Assembly: GCF_009834535.1 (NCBI RefSeq) | Contig: NC_045697.1 | Span: 436,001-500,000 of the forward strand | DNA length: 64,000 nucleotides | Origin: Camelus ferus | Taxonomy: Eukaryota | Direction of reading: 5' to 3' | In this document: piece by piece, positions 59,901-64,000 of the stretch | Layout of the letters: every line of letters begins with the position of its first letter | How positions within the stretch are numbered: position 1 is the stretch's first letter | Notes under the pieces: generated by a model | Database searches by the model: none | What the model saw: the letters and a program-made list of their open reading frames with translations, nothing else | What the model was told of the DNA's origin: nothing | Translations under genes and position numbers: made by a program

Positions 59901-61819
59901 GCGACTCCTGAAGCGACAGTCTCCTACTGACGGGAGTGGGGAGGTTCGGTTCACAGCAGAGGCGACGGTGTGGTGTCGAGCAGCCCCCACCGTGGGGTGA
60001 CAGGGAGGCCAAAGGCATTCACAGCGCTCCTGCCTGCTGGCCGCTCCACGGCCCCACACCCGGACCCGGCTCCTTCCACACCCACCCCAGCCGGGGGCTG
60101 TGGCCTAGGCTGCAGATTCCGGCCCGCAGGAGGCAAAGGTTGGGAGACAGCGGCTCCAGGAAGTGGCCCACGTCGCCCTGTCTGGTTCTCGTGGTCACCG
60201 CATGGCCAGGCCTCACTTGGCAGCAGGGGGCTGAGCGCAGCCCCACCGTGTGCGCAGTGAGAGCTCAGCGTCCCAGGCGGGGCCGGGCGTGGTGAGCAGT
60301 GGTCTCCTCACAGTGACAGAGGCTCCACGGGCAGAGCCACACATTCTGCAGTGCAAAGGCCTGAGCGGGTGGAAGGACTCAGCTCTGGGAGGGCTTAGAC
60401 CCCGACACAGCAGGTGCACACGCTTCCCGCAACAGTCACTGTGGAAGCACCTGAGGTGCACGTGGAGGGCAGGAGCCAAGGGGCAGGGCCCCCGGTCCAG
60501 ATCCTGGCCTTGCCTGTCGCCAGCCACGTGGCCCTGGGCGGTGACTTAGCATCAGCCTTGGGTCCCACACCTGCCTCGTGGGGGCTGTAGGGTGAGAGAG
60601 TTAACGTGCAACGTGAGAAGCATGAAGTGCCAGCTCACCTTGGTGGTGGAGTTTGCACAACTCAGAACACACCTAAAACCACGGACATCCCATCCGTGTG
60701 CTGTTGACGCGGAGAGTAAGTCATCTGATGTCCAGAAGAGAGCTGGAGTCAGCTTCTGGAATGTGTGAGAAGTTCTTGACTGACAAAGCCAGATTTACAG
60801 TTGATGGGGAAAACGGCGGCTTGATTACGTCACAAATAAATAACATCTTGGTGATGGAGCAGATCACCTCCAGCAGCTGGGGGGGCTCGAGCGGGGGCGC
60901 CGGGAGGGCCAGGGCGATGAGCGCAGGGATCTGCCCCCGGGCAAGGGGCTGTGGCCCCCAGGAAGAGGTCTGGCCTCAAAACAAGCAGCCTGGGGCCCAG
61001 GTCCTGAAGGAGAGGTTCTGGGCGGGTATTGGCTTGGCACCCAGGATCTGTCCAGCTCCCCGTGACATAGCGTCAGTCTGCAGAGAATGTGTAAACCATG
61101 AGCTAACTGCTTAGGGAATGTGGTTCCCGCTGGCAGCCCCGAGGCTAACAGCTGTTCCCCATCAGGGCGGCGCAGCCCGCCTGGCACCGGCTGCCCCTTG
61201 TCTTTCATCAGGAAAGCCCGAGGCCACAGCTGCAGGCCAGGTGTGTGTGCCCCGTCCATCACTGCCCCTGCCCAAGACCGGCTCCAAAGGGCAGCCCTGT
61301 GGGGAGGACAGAGAGGGGACACCAGCAGAGCAGGTGTGGCGGGGAGCATGGAGGAGGGGGAGGGGAGGGGGAGGGGAGGGGAGAACAGGAGGGGCTGAGG
61401 GGAGCAGCAAGGTGGGGTGGGGTGGAGGAGCCCTCCTCCCCTCCCCCTCCTCCCTGGGCTGACGCCTGCTCTGTGAGGAGGGGGTTACCCTCCACCCCAC
61501 TGGCGTTCCTTCTGGCCTGCAGTGTGAGGAGGACCCTTCCTGCCGGGGTGATCCCCCTGGACAGGGGCGTGGGGTCCTCCAGGGAGCTAGGCCTACGTCC
61601 ACCATCCAAGGAGCGCAGGGCCGGCCCCACAAAGCCACGTGGGAGGCTCCACTATGGGAAGAAGGGCAGAGGGTTGGCACAGCCTCCCGGAGAAGCGCCC
61701 TCGCCGGAGGGCAGTCTGGGGGCGGGCCGCCACACTGGGGACCCGCACAGCCCCCACCTCGCTGGTGCTGCCGCCTTGGCGTGGGCCCCAGGGACAGATG
61801 GACGGAGGACACTGGTGCT

Positions 61820-63200
61820 TCTCAAAGCAGGGGCTTCACTGAGATGTAACGCACAAAACCTGAATTCCCCCTTTGAAAGTGTGCGATTGGGTGGCTTGTA
61901 GTTTACTCGCAAGTTCCTACGACAGTCACCTCTCTCTGGTTCCGAAACATTTTCCATCTCTCCCAGAAGAAATCCGCACAGCGTCTTCCGCGGCACGCGA
62001 TGTTTTCAGGTTTCATCCAAATCCACGCAGGAGCCAGGACAGGCCTCCTTTTCAGGACTGACCAGTGTTCTGGGGCTGCTGGACCACGCTGGGTTCATCT
62101 GTCGATGACGTCGGGCTGGCTCCGCGTTTCAGCTACTGTGAACGCTGCCGTGAGCACCTGTGCGTGGATTTTTGTGTGGACAGTTCCGGACCCTGGGTTT
62201 ACGCTGAGAAGTGGGACTGCTGGCCGCGTGGTGACTGTCTCACATTTGGGCGTGCGGACCTCGGCCCCCGCAGCGCCCTGCCAGCTCTTGTTAGCACCTG
62301 CTTGCGGCCGTCCGGGTGGGTGTGAAGCCCGGTCTCACCTGGATTTGCTTCCCTGCTGCCCTGTGAGGGTTGGGGTTAGGCGTGTGCCCGCCAGCCATCT
62401 GTATGAATTACTAGGAAACTGTGCACGCGAGTCTTTGCTCGCCCGTTCTCTCTTTCAGCTGTTTCTTTTGACTGTTGGCTTCTAGGTCATAGCGCTCGGT
62501 TTTTAATTGCCTCCCCGGTGGTGACAAACATCGCCTCTGCCCTTGGCCAGGAACAGTCACGTGAACCTCCACCTCCTTGCTGGGGGCCCCTGGCATATTT
62601 GAGGGGCGTCAACTGTCTTTGCCACAGGTCCTTGGGGTAAGAACCCGAGGGGGTGGCCTGGCGCTGTTAGCCCTACCCGCCTGCCCCGGTGGAGCTGCTG
62701 CCTCTCGCGCGCCTCCGTCCCCTGCGCCGAAGCCCCGCTCCCCTGGGCGTGGGAGAGCCTGCTGACACCCGGGAGAGGCAGGGTCCTCACGGCTCCTTCC
62801 CAAAAGACTTTTCTTGGCTCTTCTTACATGATTTTGCAACATTGACCTTCTATCCAACTCACCTTATAGAGAAATTCTTGGTGCTTTAATTGGCTGGCAC
62901 CACATTTAAATGAACTCAGGATGAAATGACGCCACTGGGTGCTGGCCTCCCTCTTGGGCAGAACATGCCCTTCCAAGGTGCCACGTGGCCACTGGCCACC
63001 TTTCGGGGTTTTCCCTGTGGATCTGGTGAGCAAAGTTCCTGCTTAGACAACGTACAATCTTTATTGCTGTTGTCAGTGATGCATTCTCCTCAGCATCTCT
63101 TTTCATTGGAAGCTGCTTGAATTTGAAAAATGCCAAGTTCTGGACATAAATGTTGTGCACAACTGCCCTCCTGAATTCACCTGTGTCTTCTGACTGTTCT
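61820..63200 (-). mobile_element. Degraded LINE-1 3' fragments (reverse orientation)
   Basis: L1 3'-antisense motifs (gttttcaggtttcatccaa; tttcagctactgtgaacgctgccgtgagcacctgtgcgtggatttttgtgtggac). Confidence 0.6.
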
Positions 63201-64000
63201 GGCCATTCATGGGCTCACAGCCAGTCATAGTGGGGTCTGTGTTCTGAGTTACTTCTGGGGCTCCTGGCAGGGAGGCAAGGCCCATCTCTGGCTGAGGTGG
63301 GAGACCCCACCGGGCCCTCGCCACCATTCCCAGTGTGGCCCAGCTGAGCTCAGGCGTGGTTCGGGGGCACGTGGACAGGACTCAGTGGGTGGAGGACTGG
63401 GGCACCTAGGTGCCAGGGCATGGCTGTGAAGGTGCCTGAGTTGGCATCACCCTGGGGGGCCTCCAAGCTGGGGCCTCTTCCCAGCAGCCCCAGAGGCAAC
63501 TCTGCTGATCCCACTTCTCAGCCCATGTTCTCATGAGAGCTGCGCCATGGGGAGTGGGCCTGGCCCTTGGGGGCCCTGGATGGGCATCAGGCTTTAGGGT
63601 CACAAACAGCAGCCCAGAACCCACCATCCCAGGGCCCCATCCACACCTGCTGGGCTCACCCTGCCTGGCCAGGCCTCCTGATGTGTTTACCTGCTGGGAC
63701 AGTGGCCATGGGAGGTTGGGGTCACCTGGATGCCTCCCTCATAAGTGGCCCGGCTGCCCACCACCCAGGCCCCGACGGGACACCCCTAGCACCAGGCCCT
63801 GCCACTGCTCCTCTGGCTGTGGGAATTCCATCCCCAAGAAGGCCAGTGCCCAGACCGTGGCCTCTGTGGCAGGGGCCTGGCCCCCTCTGGCCCCTCCAGG
63901 GCCATCTGAGAACCTCCCCGCAAGTGCTCAGCCAATGCCCGCCTCTCCCGGGAGTGCAGGGAGCCCGGGCAGCTGCCCCTCCCTGCTGGTCGCACAGCCA

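Noticed and set aside
46600..64000. Additional gene (for example CTBP1 3' end or antisense lncRNA expected by synteny)
   Set aside because: No recognisable coding exons were found. Non-coding transcripts cannot be supported from sequence alone.

Overview
Mammalian genomic DNA, most likely a camelid (inferred from a tRNA-derived SINE resembling camelid Vic-1). It is syntenic with the RNF212 - TMED11(P) - SPON2 block of human 4p16.3. Three spliced genes were reconstructed by hand on the minus strand, all with canonical GT-AG junctions and consistent phases. (1) RNF212 exons 1-9, the meiotic crossover RING E3 ligase; the terminal exon was not found in the window. (2) A complete, uninterrupted TMED11 (5 exons, 216 aa p24-alpha protein), whose human orthologue is a pseudogene. 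(3) A complete SPON2/mindin (5 coding exons, 332 aa). The rest is intronic or intergenic DNA holding a CpG-island promoter, nested LINE-1 fragments, a SINE, DNA-transposon and LTR relics, and simple repeats. Almost all ORF-track entries are chance ORFs in GC-rich DNA or L1 remnants. I found no convincing new multi-gene system. The most interesting observations are a sense-oriented ERV-like LTR with a PBS inside RNF212, the intact TMED11, patchy AT-to-GC erosion of transposon fossils, and an orphan ETS-CRE promoter motif. Repeat family names and orthologue comparisons come from recalled sequences, not database searches, and repeat boundaries are approximate.
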